From the NCBI GenBank assembly GCA_038227135.1, contig JBBRQC010000006.1:20896-84895 (forward strand): a DNA stretch of 64,000 nt. Direction: 5' to 3'. The stretch's first letter is position 1. Every line of letters starts with the position of its first letter. The notes beneath the pieces are model-generated. The model worked only from the letters and a program-made list of their open reading frames with translations, had not been told where the DNA came from and did not search any database. The DNA is from Gemmatimonadales bacterium (GTDB lineage Bacteria; Gemmatimonadota; Gemmatimonadetes; Gemmatimonadales; Gemmatimonadaceae). The position numbers were made by a program, and so were the translations under genes. Of this stretch, positions 8,893 to 16,696 are shown piece by piece.

Positions 8893-8921
8893 TTGTCTGA
8901 TGAGTCTCGAATCCCTATCCT
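8893..8921 (+). promoter_or_regulatory. candidate sigma70-type promoter for the Rrf2 gene (TTGTCT-17 nt-TATCCT)
   Basis: The hexamers and 17-nt spacer were read directly from the sequence. The -10 element ends 6 nt before the ATG at 8928, and no SD is visible, which suggests a leaderless mRNA. Confidence 0.3.
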
Positions 8922-8927
8922 GCATAT

Positions 8928-9422
8928 ATGCGGATAACGACCTGGGCAGAGTATGGCGTCATTTGCGCGCTCAACCTCGCCAAACGGACCGAGCTCGGAC
9001 CGGTCAACGGCCGTGAGATCGCGAGACAGGAACGGCTTCCGGCGGATTATGTCGAGCAGATTTTGCTCAGACTGCGCCGGGCCGGCGTGATCACGAGCAC
9101 CCGCGGGGCACGGGGAGGATACGTGCTCGCCCGGCCGGCGAGCGAAGTCTCTATACGCGACGTGATTCACGCGTCGGAGCTGGAGACGTTCGATCTCCAT
9201 TGCGTCAGTCATCCCGTTGAGGAGGAGCGCTGCTCCGCTTCGCACAGCTGCAGCATCAGGCCCGTGTGGGTGATGTTGCAGGGCAGGATCGACGAAGTGC
9301 TTCAGGGCGTGAGCCTGGCGGATCTTCTGCACGACGAACCGACTGTGCGCGAGCGAGTCGGACTCGGCAGCCTGCGCGCGGGGTCGGATAAAGGCGCCCT
9401 GCCCATTCTCGAGACGGTTTAG
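8928..9422 (+). CDS. Rrf2 family transcriptional regulator (IscR/NsrR-like, three clustered Cys)
   Basis: It has an N-terminal wHTH (MRITTWAEYGVICALNLAK..., YVEQILLRLRRAGVITSTRGARGGY). The Cys cluster HCVSHPVEEERCSASHSC could ligate an Fe-S cluster. Confidence 0.88.
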   Translation: MRITTWAEYGVICALNLAKRTELGPVNGREIARQERLPADYVEQILLRLRRAGVITSTRGARGGYVLARPASEVSIRDVIHASELETFDLHCVSHPVEEERCSASHSCSIRPVWVMLQGRIDEVLQGVSLADLLHDEPTVRERVGLGSLRAGSDKGALPILETV

Positions 9423-9441
9423 ATCACGCCGCCAGATGCAC

Positions 9442-9481
9442 GAACGGCGCGCCTGGCTCAGCAGACGCGCCGTTCTTTTTT
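9442..9481 (+). terminator. rho-independent terminator after the Rrf2 gene
   Basis: A perfect 10-bp stem, GAACGGCGCG...CGCGCCGTTC, is followed by TTTTTT. Confidence 0.75.
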
Positions 9482-9484
9482 ATG

Positions 9485-9568
9485 TGCCGAAGGGGGGACT
9501 CGAACCCCCACGGGCTTGCGCCCACTGGCTCCTGAAGCCAGCGCGTCTACCAGTTCCACCACTCCGGC
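9485..9568 (-). tRNA. tRNA-Leu (anticodon CAG), CCA not encoded
   Basis: The reverse complement reads GCCGGAGTGGTGGAACTGGTAGACGCGCTGGCTTCAGGAGCCAGTGGGCGCAAGCCCGTGGGGGTTCGAGTCCCCCCTTCGGCA. This gives a 7-bp acceptor stem, the anticodon loop TTCAGGA, a long variable arm and a GGGGG/TTCGAGT/CCCCC T-arm. Confidence 0.93.
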
Positions 9569-9582
9569 GAGGTCGAGATCCG

Positions 9583-9611
9583 AAGATAGAAACTGCATGG
9601 AGCTAAGTCAA
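9583..9611 (-). promoter_or_regulatory. candidate sigma70-type promoter for tRNA-Leu (TTGACT-17 nt-TATCTT on the minus strand)
   Basis: The reverse complement of 9583-9611 gives TTGACT, a 17-nt spacer and TATCTT. The -10 element ends 14 nt upstream of the mature tRNA 5' end. Confidence 0.45.
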
Positions 9612-9665
9612 CGCAAATGGCTTTGTCGCGCGTCGTTGTTGCGTCTAACTTGAGAACTTAGTCAA

Positions 9666-10136
9666 ATGGCAGAGACAGTCGAGAAAGATGCGAAGGAGTC
9701 GGTAGCGCGGAACAAACGCGCCAGGCACGACTACCACATCATCGACACATGGGAGGCGGGTGTCGTTCTGACCGGCAGCGAAGTCAAGTCGCTTCGGGAC
9801 GGAAAGGCCAACATCGCTGATTCCTACGCGATCGTTAAGGACGGAGAGGTTTTTCTGCTCAACCTGCACATATCGCCCTACGAGAAGGCGAGCCATTTCA
9901 ACCACGAGCCCACACGCACGCGAAAGCTCCTGCTCCACCGAAAGGAGATTCGCAAGATGATCGGCGCGGTCGAGCGGCAGGGGCTGACGCTCATCCCTCT
10001 GGAGATCTACTTCAGGAAGGGCAGGGCCAAGGTCGCGCTCGCGCTCGGCAAGGGCAAGAAGCTCTACGACAAGCGCGCTGACGAGAAGCGCCGCGACGAC
10101 GAGCGCGACATGCAGCGGGCCGTAAGAACCAGATGA
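9666..10136 (+). CDS. smpB: SsrA-binding protein
   Basis: [29 protein letters not shown], and [14 protein letters not shown] followed by a basic C-terminal tail, are diagnostic of SmpB. Confidence 0.95.
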   Translation: MAETVEKDAKESVARNKRARHDYHIIDTWEAGVVLTGSEVKSLRDGKANIADSYAIVKDGEVFLLNLHISPYEKASHFNHEPTRTRKLLLHRKEIRKMIGAVERQGLTLIPLEIYFRKGRAKVALALGKGKKLYDKRADEKRRDDERDMQRAVRTR

Positions 10137-11389
10137 TCGCGCTTCTTTTTTTCCTCCAGACCGCAATCGCGGCCATAGCGGCGCCGGTTCCGACTTTCAT
10201 CGTCGTGCGCGACGGGGGAGCGGTAGCTTCGGTCCCCGTGACAATCGATGGAGGTCAGGCGAGCGTGCGCGCTGACGCCCTGATGCGGGCGATGCGCGGG
10301 ATCCTGATCACGTCGACCAACCTTCATTACACACTGTCGCTGCCACGCGCGCGCATTGATCTCATCGACGGAATTCCATTTGCAAAACGCGATACACTGA
10401 CTATACCGCTCACGCGCGCTCCGCAGGTCCGTGGTGGTCAGCTGTACCTGCCCATTCAATTCGTGACTGATGTGATTCCGAGGTACGTCGGCGGATATGC
10501 ATACGACGCCGGGCTCAGCGAGCTGCGAACGGTGGCTGCTCTGGCGACCCGTCCGGCAACGCCGATCCGGTCAGCGAGCTCGACTCCTCCCGGCACAAGC
10601 GCGATTGCGCAGCAGCCGGCTCTGAACAAGCCTGCAACTCGGCAGCCCGTTTTCACCCGCCCGTCCGCCCGTAAGGTCGTGGTGATCGACGCAGGTCACG
10701 GTGGTCCGGATCGAGGAATGTCAGGGCCGATCGGGTCTCCGGCTTGGTTCGTGGAGAAGGATGTGACCCTGGCGGTCGCGAAGAAACTGGCGGCGGTGCT
10801 TCGGGCGCGCGGTGTCGATGTTCTGATGACGCGGACGACGGACACACTGATTGCGCTGGCCGATCGAGGCAAGATCGCCAACAGCAACCACGGCGATGTA
10901 TTCATCTCCATCCACGTGAACGCTCCGGGCTACAATACGGCCGCGGCCGCCCGTGAACACGGATTCGAGACATATTTTCTGGCCGAAGCGAAAACGGAAG
11001 ACGAGCGCCGAGTGCAGGACATGGAAAACGAATCAGTAAAATTCGAGACTGGAGCCAACGCCCCCAGGGGCGATCCGCTCAGTTTCATAATCACCGATAT
11101 GGCGCAGAACGAACATCTCAGGGAGTCGAGCGATTTGGCGCTGACGATCCAGAACGGTCTGATCGATGTGCATCCCGGGCCGAATCGAGGCGTGCAGCAG
11201 GCGAACTTTGCCGTGCTGCGCGGTTCGTACATGCCCGCGGTTCTCGTGGAGATCGGCTTCGGCAGCAACCAGTCAGAGGCGACGTATCTAAGCGACCAGG
11301 ACAATCAGCGCGCGCTGGCGAGAAACATCGCGCAGTCGGTGCTCGACTACCTCGCTCACTACGAGTCCCGAGTCGGAGGCACGCGGTAG
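10133..11389 (+). CDS. N-acetylmuramoyl-L-alanine amidase (AmiA/B/C type) with an N-terminal extension
   Basis: It has a signal peptide and an Amidase_3 core ([44 protein letters not shown]). Its start overlaps the smpB stop (ATGA). Confidence 0.88.
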   Translation: MIALLFFLQTAIAAIAAPVPTFIVVRDGGAVASVPVTIDGGQASVRADALMRAMRGILITSTNLHYTLSLPRARIDLIDGIPFAKRDTLTIPLTRAPQVRGGQLYLPIQFVTDVIPRYVGGYAYDAGLSELRTVAALATRPATPIRSASSTPPGTSAIAQQPALNKPATRQPVFTRPSARKVVVIDAGHGGPDRGMSGPIGSPAWFVEKDVTLAVAKKLAAVLRARGVDVLMTRTTDTLIALADRGKIANSNHGDVFISIHVNAPGYNTAAAAREHGFETYFLAEAKTEDERRVQDMENESVKFETGANAPRGDPLSFIITDMAQNEHLRESSDLALTIQNGLIDVHPGPNRGVQQANFAVLRGSYMPAVLVEIGFGSNQSEATYLSDQDNQRALARNIAQSVLDYLAHYESRVGGTR

Positions 11390-11391
11390 CG

Positions 11392-12321
11392 TTGGCCCCG
11401 ACCGAGCTGGCAGTCACCGTCGCGGGAATCGATTTTCAGAATCCAGTCTTGCTGGCCGCCGGAACCGCCGCTTATGGACGGGAGCTCGCGCGGGTGGTGG
11501 ATCTCGACTCGCTGGGCGGGCTGGTAACCAAGGCCGTAAGTGTGGAGCCCAGGCACGGCGCGCCGGCTCCTCGCGTCGCGGAATTCGACGGCGGAATGAT
11601 CAACGCCGTCGGTCTGGCCAATCCGGGCCTCGATGAAGTGAAATCCACTCACCTCCCGTGGCTGGCTGAGAATCTCCGGAGAGCACGGGTGCTGGTGAAC
11701 GTCGTGGGGAACCGGGCGGAGGATTTCGCGATGGTGGTCTCGACTCTCGATGATGCGCCGGGCGTGGCGGGATTCGAGCTGAACGTGAGCTGTCCGAACG
11801 TCAGGGCAGGCGGCATGGAGTTCGGCGCCGATCCGCAAGCACTCAGAGACGTGGTGTCGCGCTCACGCGCGGCGACCCGGCGTCCGATCTTCGTGAAGCT
11901 GTCACCTACTCTCGCCGACATTGGCAGAACGGCCCAGATCGCGGCCGACGCGGGAGCGGACGGGATATCGGTGGTCAACACAATGCCCGGCCTCGTCATC
12001 GACGTCGATTCCCGCAAGCCTGCGCTCGGCTTCGGCACCGGGGGCGTGAGCGGGGCTGGTCTGCTTCCGGTGGGGGTGCTGGCGACCTATAAAGTCGCGA
12101 AAGCCGTCGCCTTGCCTGTAATCGGGGTGGGAGGGATTTCCAAAGCGACGGACATCGTCCAGTATGTGATCGCCGGGGCATCACTCGTTGCCGTTGGCAC
12201 GGCCGCGATGCAAAAGCCCAAGCTCGCAACCAGGCTCGTCGAGGATCTGGAGGAATGGTGTCGGAAGAACGGGACGAGAGCACTGACGGAGCTGCGCGGC
12301 TCCCTGCTCTGGGAGAAATGA
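11392..12321 (+). CDS. pyrD: dihydroorotate dehydrogenase (class 1)
   Basis: TTG start. It has IDFQNPVLLAAGT, ELNVSCPNV, and IGVGGI motifs. No pyrK-like gene lies next to it. Confidence 0.9.
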   Translation: MAPTELAVTVAGIDFQNPVLLAAGTAAYGRELARVVDLDSLGGLVTKAVSVEPRHGAPAPRVAEFDGGMINAVGLANPGLDEVKSTHLPWLAENLRRARVLVNVVGNRAEDFAMVVSTLDDAPGVAGFELNVSCPNVRAGGMEFGADPQALRDVVSRSRAATRRPIFVKLSPTLADIGRTAQIAADAGADGISVVNTMPGLVIDVDSRKPALGFGTGGVSGAGLLPVGVLATYKVAKAVALPVIGVGGISKATDIVQYVIAGASLVAVGTAAMQKPKLATRLVEDLEEWCRKNGTRALTELRGSLLWEK

Positions 12322-12322
12322 C

Positions 12323-13072
12323 GTGACGCCAAACTCTCGACCTGCAACGCGAGCCAGGGCCGCGACAAAGACAGCGGAGTCGAAGAGCGCGCGTCCGATT
12401 CCGATCGTCGCGCTCGATTTCCCCCGGGCCGACCTGGCGCTCGCGATGGTCGAGCGGCTGGGAGATGCCTGCCGGTTCTACAAGGTGGGTGGTGAGCTCT
12501 TCACCGCGGCGGGACCGCAGGTTGTCCAGGCTTTGCGGGCGCTGGGGAACGATGTCTTTCTCGACCTCAAGCTGCACGACATCCCGAACACGGTGCGCGG
12601 GGCGGCGCGGAGCGCGGCCGCAATTGGCGCAAAGCTCCTGACCGTGCACACCTCGGGCGGGAGAGAGATGATCGAGGCTGCGGTCGAGGGAGCTGGAGAC
12701 AAGTGCGGGGTGCTCGGCGTTACGATCCTGACGTCGCTCGATGCGGCGCAGCTTCGGAGCGCCTGGGGCAGGAAGTCGCTCGAGGTCTACGGCGAAGTGC
12801 TTCGGCTGGCTGGCGAATGCGCGGCGGTGGGCGCTCACGGAGTGGTTTGCAGCGGACTCGAGGCCCAGAAGATCGGCGCCAAGTACGGGGACAGGCTGAA
12901 GCTCCTGATTCCCGGGATCCGGGCGGCCGGGGGCAGGTCGGACGACCAGAAGCGTACAGTCACCGCGGCTGAGGCAGCCAGTGCTGGAGCGAGTTACATA
13001 GTGCTGGGCCGGATGGTGACTGAGGCTAAGGATCCCGCGCTCGAGCTCAGGGCGGTCATGAGGTCCATCTAA
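12323..13072 (+). CDS. pyrF: orotidine 5'-phosphate decarboxylase
   Basis: It has IVALDFP, FYKVG, FLDLKLHDIPNTV, and a C-terminal IVLGR. It follows pyrD with a 1-nt gap. Confidence 0.9.
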   Translation: MTPNSRPATRARAATKTAESKSARPIPIVALDFPRADLALAMVERLGDACRFYKVGGELFTAAGPQVVQALRALGNDVFLDLKLHDIPNTVRGAARSAAAIGAKLLTVHTSGGREMIEAAVEGAGDKCGVLGVTILTSLDAAQLRSAWGRKSLEVYGEVLRLAGECAAVGAHGVVCSGLEAQKIGAKYGDRLKLLIPGIRAAGGRSDDQKRTVTAAEAASAGASYIVLGRMVTEAKDPALELRAVMRSI

Positions 13073-13127
13073 CGGGGAGGAGTCAGTTAACCCCGCGCGG
13101 GGTCACACTTTGCCCGATCTGAGAGGC

Positions 13128-13156
13128 TTGCCTTGAGCGAGGGGCGTATGTAATTT
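13128..13156 (+). promoter_or_regulatory. candidate sigma70-type promoter for the rpmJ-rpsM operon (TTGCCT-17 nt-TAATTT)
   Basis: The hexamers and spacer were read directly from the sequence. The site lies about 70 nt upstream of the rpmJ start. Confidence 0.3.
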
Positions 13157-13180
13157 GAAAGGCTAACCTCGGAAAAATTG

Positions 13181-13198
13181 AGAGGGCTCCGGCCCTCT
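13181..13198 (+). promoter_or_regulatory. stem-loop in the rpmJ leader or pyrF trailer (AGAGGGC-TCCG-GCCCTCT)
   Basis: A perfect 7-bp stem with a tetraloop is flanked by AAAAA upstream and TT downstream. It could be a weak terminator or a leader structure. Confidence 0.35.
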
Positions 13199-13224
13199 TT
13201 CCAACATCGTGTAGGGAGTAGGAC

Positions 13225-13341
13225 GTGAAAGTTCGCAGCAGCGTGAAGCCGATCTGTGAGCACTGCAAGGTCATCAAGCGGCAGGGCGTGACTCGCATCA
13301 TCTGCAAGCGCAATCCAAAGCACAAGCAGCGGCAGGGTTAA
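13225..13341 (+). CDS. rpmJ: 50S ribosomal protein L36
   Basis: It is absent from the ORF track because it is shorter than 60 aa. GTG start. The translation is [38 protein letters not shown], and GGGAGTAGG lies upstream as an SD. Confidence 0.93.
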   Translation: MKVRSSVKPICEHCKVIKRQGVTRIICKRNPKHKQRQG

Positions 13342-13344
13342 TCA

Positions 13345-13722
13345 ATGGCGCGTATTGCTGGCGTAGATCTCCCGCGTGAGAAGAAGGTCGAGATCGGCCT
13401 GACGTACATCTTCGGAATCGGCCGCGCGCTCGCGCGACGCATTATTCAGACGACCGGCGTCAATGCCGAGCAGCGTATCCGCGATCTCACCGATGCTGAT
13501 ACCAACAAGCTTCGCCAGGCGATCGAAAAGGATTTTCGCGTCGAGGGCGCTCTTCGCACCGAAGTCGCGATGAACATCAAGCGGCTCATGGACATCGGCA
13601 GCTACCGGGGCATTCGTCATCGCCGCGGGCTCCCGGTCCGCGGTCAGCGCACGCACACCAACGCCCGTACCAAGAAGGGCCCACGCCGCGCTATCGCCGG
13701 CAAGAAGAAGGTCACCAAGTAA
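13345..13722 (+). CDS. rpsM: 30S ribosomal protein S13
   Basis: [26 protein letters not shown]...[18 protein letters not shown]. Confidence 0.97.
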   Translation: MARIAGVDLPREKKVEIGLTYIFGIGRALARRIIQTTGVNAEQRIRDLTDADTNKLRQAIEKDFRVEGALRTEVAMNIKRLMDIGSYRGIRHRRGLPVRGQRTHTNARTKKGPRRAIAGKKKVTK

Positions 13723-13745
13723 TGGCGCAGGAAACCAAGTAAATC

Positions 13746-14123
13746 ATGGCAATCGGTAAAAAGGTCAAGCGCGTAATCGAGGCGGAAGGAATCGCCCACG
13801 TTAGCGCGACGTTCAACAACACGACGATCACGATCACCGACTCTCACGGGAACACCATCTCGTGGGGCTCGTCGGGCAAGGCTGGGTTCAAGGGATCGAA
13901 GAAGTCGACTCCGTTCGCCGCCACCGTCGCCGGTGAGCAGGCTGGACGCGAGGCCGTCACGCTCGGCGTTCGCCGGGTGCATGTGAGAGTTCAGGGACCG
14001 GGATCGGGGCGCGAGTCAGCGATCCAGGCGCTCGTCGCTGCGGGCCTGCAGGTGAAGTCAATCAAGGATGTGACGCCGATTCCGCACAACGGCTGTCGTC
14101 CTCCCAAGCGTCGGAGAGTCTAA
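13746..14123 (+). CDS. rpsK: 30S ribosomal protein S11
   Basis: [30 protein letters not shown]...[18 protein letters not shown]. Confidence 0.97.
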   Translation: MAIGKKVKRVIEAEGIAHVSATFNNTTITITDSHGNTISWGSSGKAGFKGSKKSTPFAATVAGEQAGREAVTLGVRRVHVRVQGPGSGRESAIQALVAAGLQVKSIKDVTPIPHNGCRPPKRRRV

Positions 14124-14126
14124 CCG

Positions 14127-14759
14127 ATGCGTTATACAGGATCGAGCTGCAGACAGTGCCGCCGCGAAGGAACCAAGCTTTTCCTCAAGGCGACCAAGTG
14201 CTTCACCGAGAAATGTCCCGTGGAGCGTCGTCCGACGCCTCCAGGACAGCACGGTACCTCCACCGCCCGCCGCCGTAAGGTGTCGGAGTACTCGAAGCAG
14301 CTCCGTGAGAAGCAGAAGATCAAGCGCATCTACGGAGTGAGCGAGAGACAGTTCCGGAACACCTTCGAGCGCGTTGCACCGCTTCCGGGGATCACGGGAC
14401 ACAATCTTCTCGCGGCGCTGGAGTCGCGTCTCGACAACGTCGTGTATCGCATGGGCTTCGCCGGCAGCCGCAAGGCAGCGCGCCAGCTCGTTCGTCACCG
14501 GCACGTCGAAGTGAATCAGAAGTCGGTCGACATCCCGAGCTTCCTGGTGCAGCCGGGGCAGGAAATCCGCGTCCGCACGAAGTCACGCGAGCAGGCGAGC
14601 GTGATGGCCGCGATGGACCAGTCCTCACGCGGAGCGCCGTTGTCGTGGATCGCAGTCGATCGCGACAGCTTCAGCGGCAGGATGCTGGAGAGACCGACGA
14701 GGCCGAACATCCCGATCGCCGCGCAGGAGCAGCTGGTGGTCGAGCTTTACTCGAAGTAA
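14127..14759 (+). CDS. rpsD: 30S ribosomal protein S4
   Basis: It has MRYTGSSCRQCRREG at the N-terminus, YGVSERQFRNTF, and an S4 RNA-binding domain (LESRLDNVVYRMGFA). Confidence 0.97.
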   Translation: MRYTGSSCRQCRREGTKLFLKATKCFTEKCPVERRPTPPGQHGTSTARRRKVSEYSKQLREKQKIKRIYGVSERQFRNTFERVAPLPGITGHNLLAALESRLDNVVYRMGFAGSRKAARQLVRHRHVEVNQKSVDIPSFLVQPGQEIRVRTKSREQASVMAAMDQSSRGAPLSWIAVDRDSFSGRMLERPTRPNIPIAAQEQLVVELYSK

Positions 14760-14858
14760 GAAACGTTTTTCAACCATACTGCAGGACGAGACCCTAACTC
14801 TCGTTACGGGCTCACCGCGCGTTAGGGGCGGGGTGGCACGTTCAAGGAATCGAAAAAA

Positions 14859-15935
14859 ATGGCAACCGCAATTGATCTGAGGGGACTTGTCCGTCCGCAG
14901 CTTGTCGAGGCGACGAAGCGCGAAGACAATCCCAATGTCGCAGAATTCCGCCTTCAGCCGCTCGAGCGCGGCTTCGGACACACGCTGGGGAACGCCATGC
15001 GGCGGCTCCTGCTCTCATCGCTCCGCGGCTCGGCCGTGTGGGGATTCCGCATCGACGGCGTCCTGCACGAGCACCAGACGATCCCGGGCGTGGTCGAGGA
15101 TGTCCACCAGATCATCGGCAATCTCAAGACGTTGACGCTCTCGCTCGACGAGGGAGTCGAGAACACCGTTCTCCGCATCACCAAGAACGCCGCAGGTCCC
15201 GTGACCGCGGCTGACATCGAAGGGCAGGGCGGCGTCACGATCGTCGATCGCACCCAGCACCTGTTCACGCTGCAGGGCGACCGCGAGATCAACGTCGAGC
15301 TGTACGTCGGACGCGGGCGTGGCTACGTCGAAGCCGACCAGCACGTCGCCGACAAGACGCTTCCCGTGAATGTCGTGCGCATCGATTCGATCTACAATCC
15401 AGTTCGTCGCGCCAACTTCGCCGTCGCGGAGACACGCGTCGGACAGCGCACGGACTACGACCGCCTGACGCTGACCGTCGAGACCAATGGCACGGTGACG
15501 CCGGAAGAGGCCGTGAGCTATGCCGCCGCGCTGGCTCAGACGCACTTCCAGTATTTCGCGGGCTTCGGCTCGCACGCTTCGGCGCCGCTCACGCCCGGCT
15601 CGGACATGCCCGGTGGCGACGCGCACCGTCTCGCCGAAGTGCTGCGCACCCCGATCGAAGATTTCGAGCTCTCGGTTCGCTCCGTGAACTCGCTCAAGAA
15701 TTCCAACATCCGCACCCTGGGCGACCTGGTCCGTCAGAGCGAGAGCCAGATTCTCCAGGTCAAGAACTTCGGCAAGAAGTCGCTGAACGAGATCGCGGAC
15801 CTGCTCGAGAGAGAGAACCTGAACTTCGGGATGAAGTACGAGGAGTCTTCCGATGGCGTTCGCATCACCGATCAGGGCACGCCGGCCAACCGTAACGTCG
15901 CCACTGTCGGCGCCGACGACGAAGAGGAAGTGTAA
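14859..15935 (+). CDS. rpoA: DNA-directed RNA polymerase subunit alpha
   Basis: FRLQPLERGFGHTLGNAMRRLLLSS is the N-terminal domain, and ELSVRSVNSLKNSNIRTLGDLV is the C-terminal domain (HhH). Confidence 0.97.
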   Translation: MATAIDLRGLVRPQLVEATKREDNPNVAEFRLQPLERGFGHTLGNAMRRLLLSSLRGSAVWGFRIDGVLHEHQTIPGVVEDVHQIIGNLKTLTLSLDEGVENTVLRITKNAAGPVTAADIEGQGGVTIVDRTQHLFTLQGDREINVELYVGRGRGYVEADQHVADKTLPVNVVRIDSIYNPVRRANFAVAETRVGQRTDYDRLTLTVETNGTVTPEEAVSYAAALAQTHFQYFAGFGSHASAPLTPGSDMPGGDAHRLAEVLRTPIEDFELSVRSVNSLKNSNIRTLGDLVRQSESQILQVKNFGKKSLNEIADLLERENLNFGMKYEESSDGVRITDQGTPANRNVATVGADDEEEV

Positions 15936-15937
15936 GA

Positions 15938-16300
15938 ATGCGTCACCGCAAAGTCGGGAGACAGCTTCGCCGCACCAGCGAGCAGAAGCTGGCTCTGATG
16001 AAAAGCCTGGCAAAAGCGCTCATCGAGCGTGGGGCCATCGAGACCACCGAAGCGAAGGCCAAGGAGCTGCGTCCTTTCGTGGAGAAGCTGATCACGAAGG
16101 CGAAGACCGGTACGCTCCATAACCGCCGCCTCGCGGGCACCAAGGTTCCGCACCGCGCGACGGCCGACAAGCTTTTCCAGGAAATCGGACCCCGCTTCGC
16201 GACGCGGAAGGGCGGCTACACCCGCATTCTCAAGACTGGTCACCGCAAGGGCGACGGCGCCGAGATGGCGCGTATCGAGCTGGTCGGGACCGAGGGCTAA
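15938..16300 (+). CDS. rplQ: 50S ribosomal protein L17
   Basis: MRHRKVGRQLRRTSEQKLALMKSLAKALI...GGYTRILK. Confidence 0.96.
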   Translation: MRHRKVGRQLRRTSEQKLALMKSLAKALIERGAIETTEAKAKELRPFVEKLITKAKTGTLHNRRLAGTKVPHRATADKLFQEIGPRFATRKGGYTRILKTGHRKGDGAEMARIELVGTEG

Positions 16301-16303
16301 CCA

Positions 16304-16525
16304 ATGGCACAGATCAAGAGAAACCGCTGCTACGTCTGCGACAAAGGTGTCGCTTACGGCAATAACGTCTCCCACGCCAACAACAAGACGCGTCGCACCT
16401 GGAAGCCAAACCTTCAGGTCGCGCGGATTGTGATCGACGGCAAGATCACCAAGATCAAGGTGTGCACTCGCTGCCTGCATGCCGGCAAGATTCAGCGCGC
16501 TCCGAGAGGAGTGTCGGCTGCCTAA
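16304..16525 (+). CDS. rpmB: 50S ribosomal protein L28
   Basis: The translation [30 protein letters not shown] matches the conserved L28 core. Its position after rplQ is unusual. Confidence 0.88.
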   Translation: MAQIKRNRCYVCDKGVAYGNNVSHANNKTRRTWKPNLQVARIVIDGKITKIKVCTRCLHAGKIQRAPRGVSAA

Positions 16526-16545
16526 GCAGCTGATCATGCGCACAG

Positions 16546-16573
16546 AAAAGGGAGCCCAACGGGCTCCCTTTTT
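16546..16573 (+). terminator. rho-independent terminator after rpmB
   Basis: The sequence is AAAA-GGGAGCCC-AAC-GGGCTCCC-TTTTT. Confidence 0.8.
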
Positions 16574-16585
16574 CTTGACTCTCAC

Positions 16586-16615
16586 CTGCAACCTGACCCC
16601 CCGTTCAGTTTGCAG
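16586..16615. repeat. imperfect palindromic element CTGCAACCTGAC-N-GTTCAGTTTGCAG, related to the repeats at 62227-62398
   Basis: The arms are near-identical to CTGCAACTGAAC / GTTCAGTTGCAG at the tatA-ppiD intergenic region. It lies just downstream of a terminator. Confidence 0.5.
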
Positions 16616-16696
16616 TTGGCACCTCCGCACGTCAACGCGTCGTACCGCAGGGGAATCTGTTCGCTAACTTTTGTCCAGTGAATCGCCGAATTCGGA

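Noticed and set aside
9570-9665. Looked for tmRNA (ssrA) next to smpB.
   Set aside because: The spacer is only about 95 nt and is occupied by the tRNA-Leu promoter. No tRNA-Ala-like acceptor/T-arm or tag-ORF features are present.
13091-13102. CCCCGCGCGGGG palindrome just after pyrF, considered as a terminator.
   Set aside because: After allowing for a loop, the stem is only 4 bp, and there is no T-run. The evidence is too weak to report as a feature.
13083-13325. Two minus-strand ORFs (80 and 78 aa) in the pyrF-rpmJ spacer.
   Set aside because: They overlap rpmJ, the promoter-like site and the hairpin. The rpmJ translation on the + strand is an unmistakable L36.
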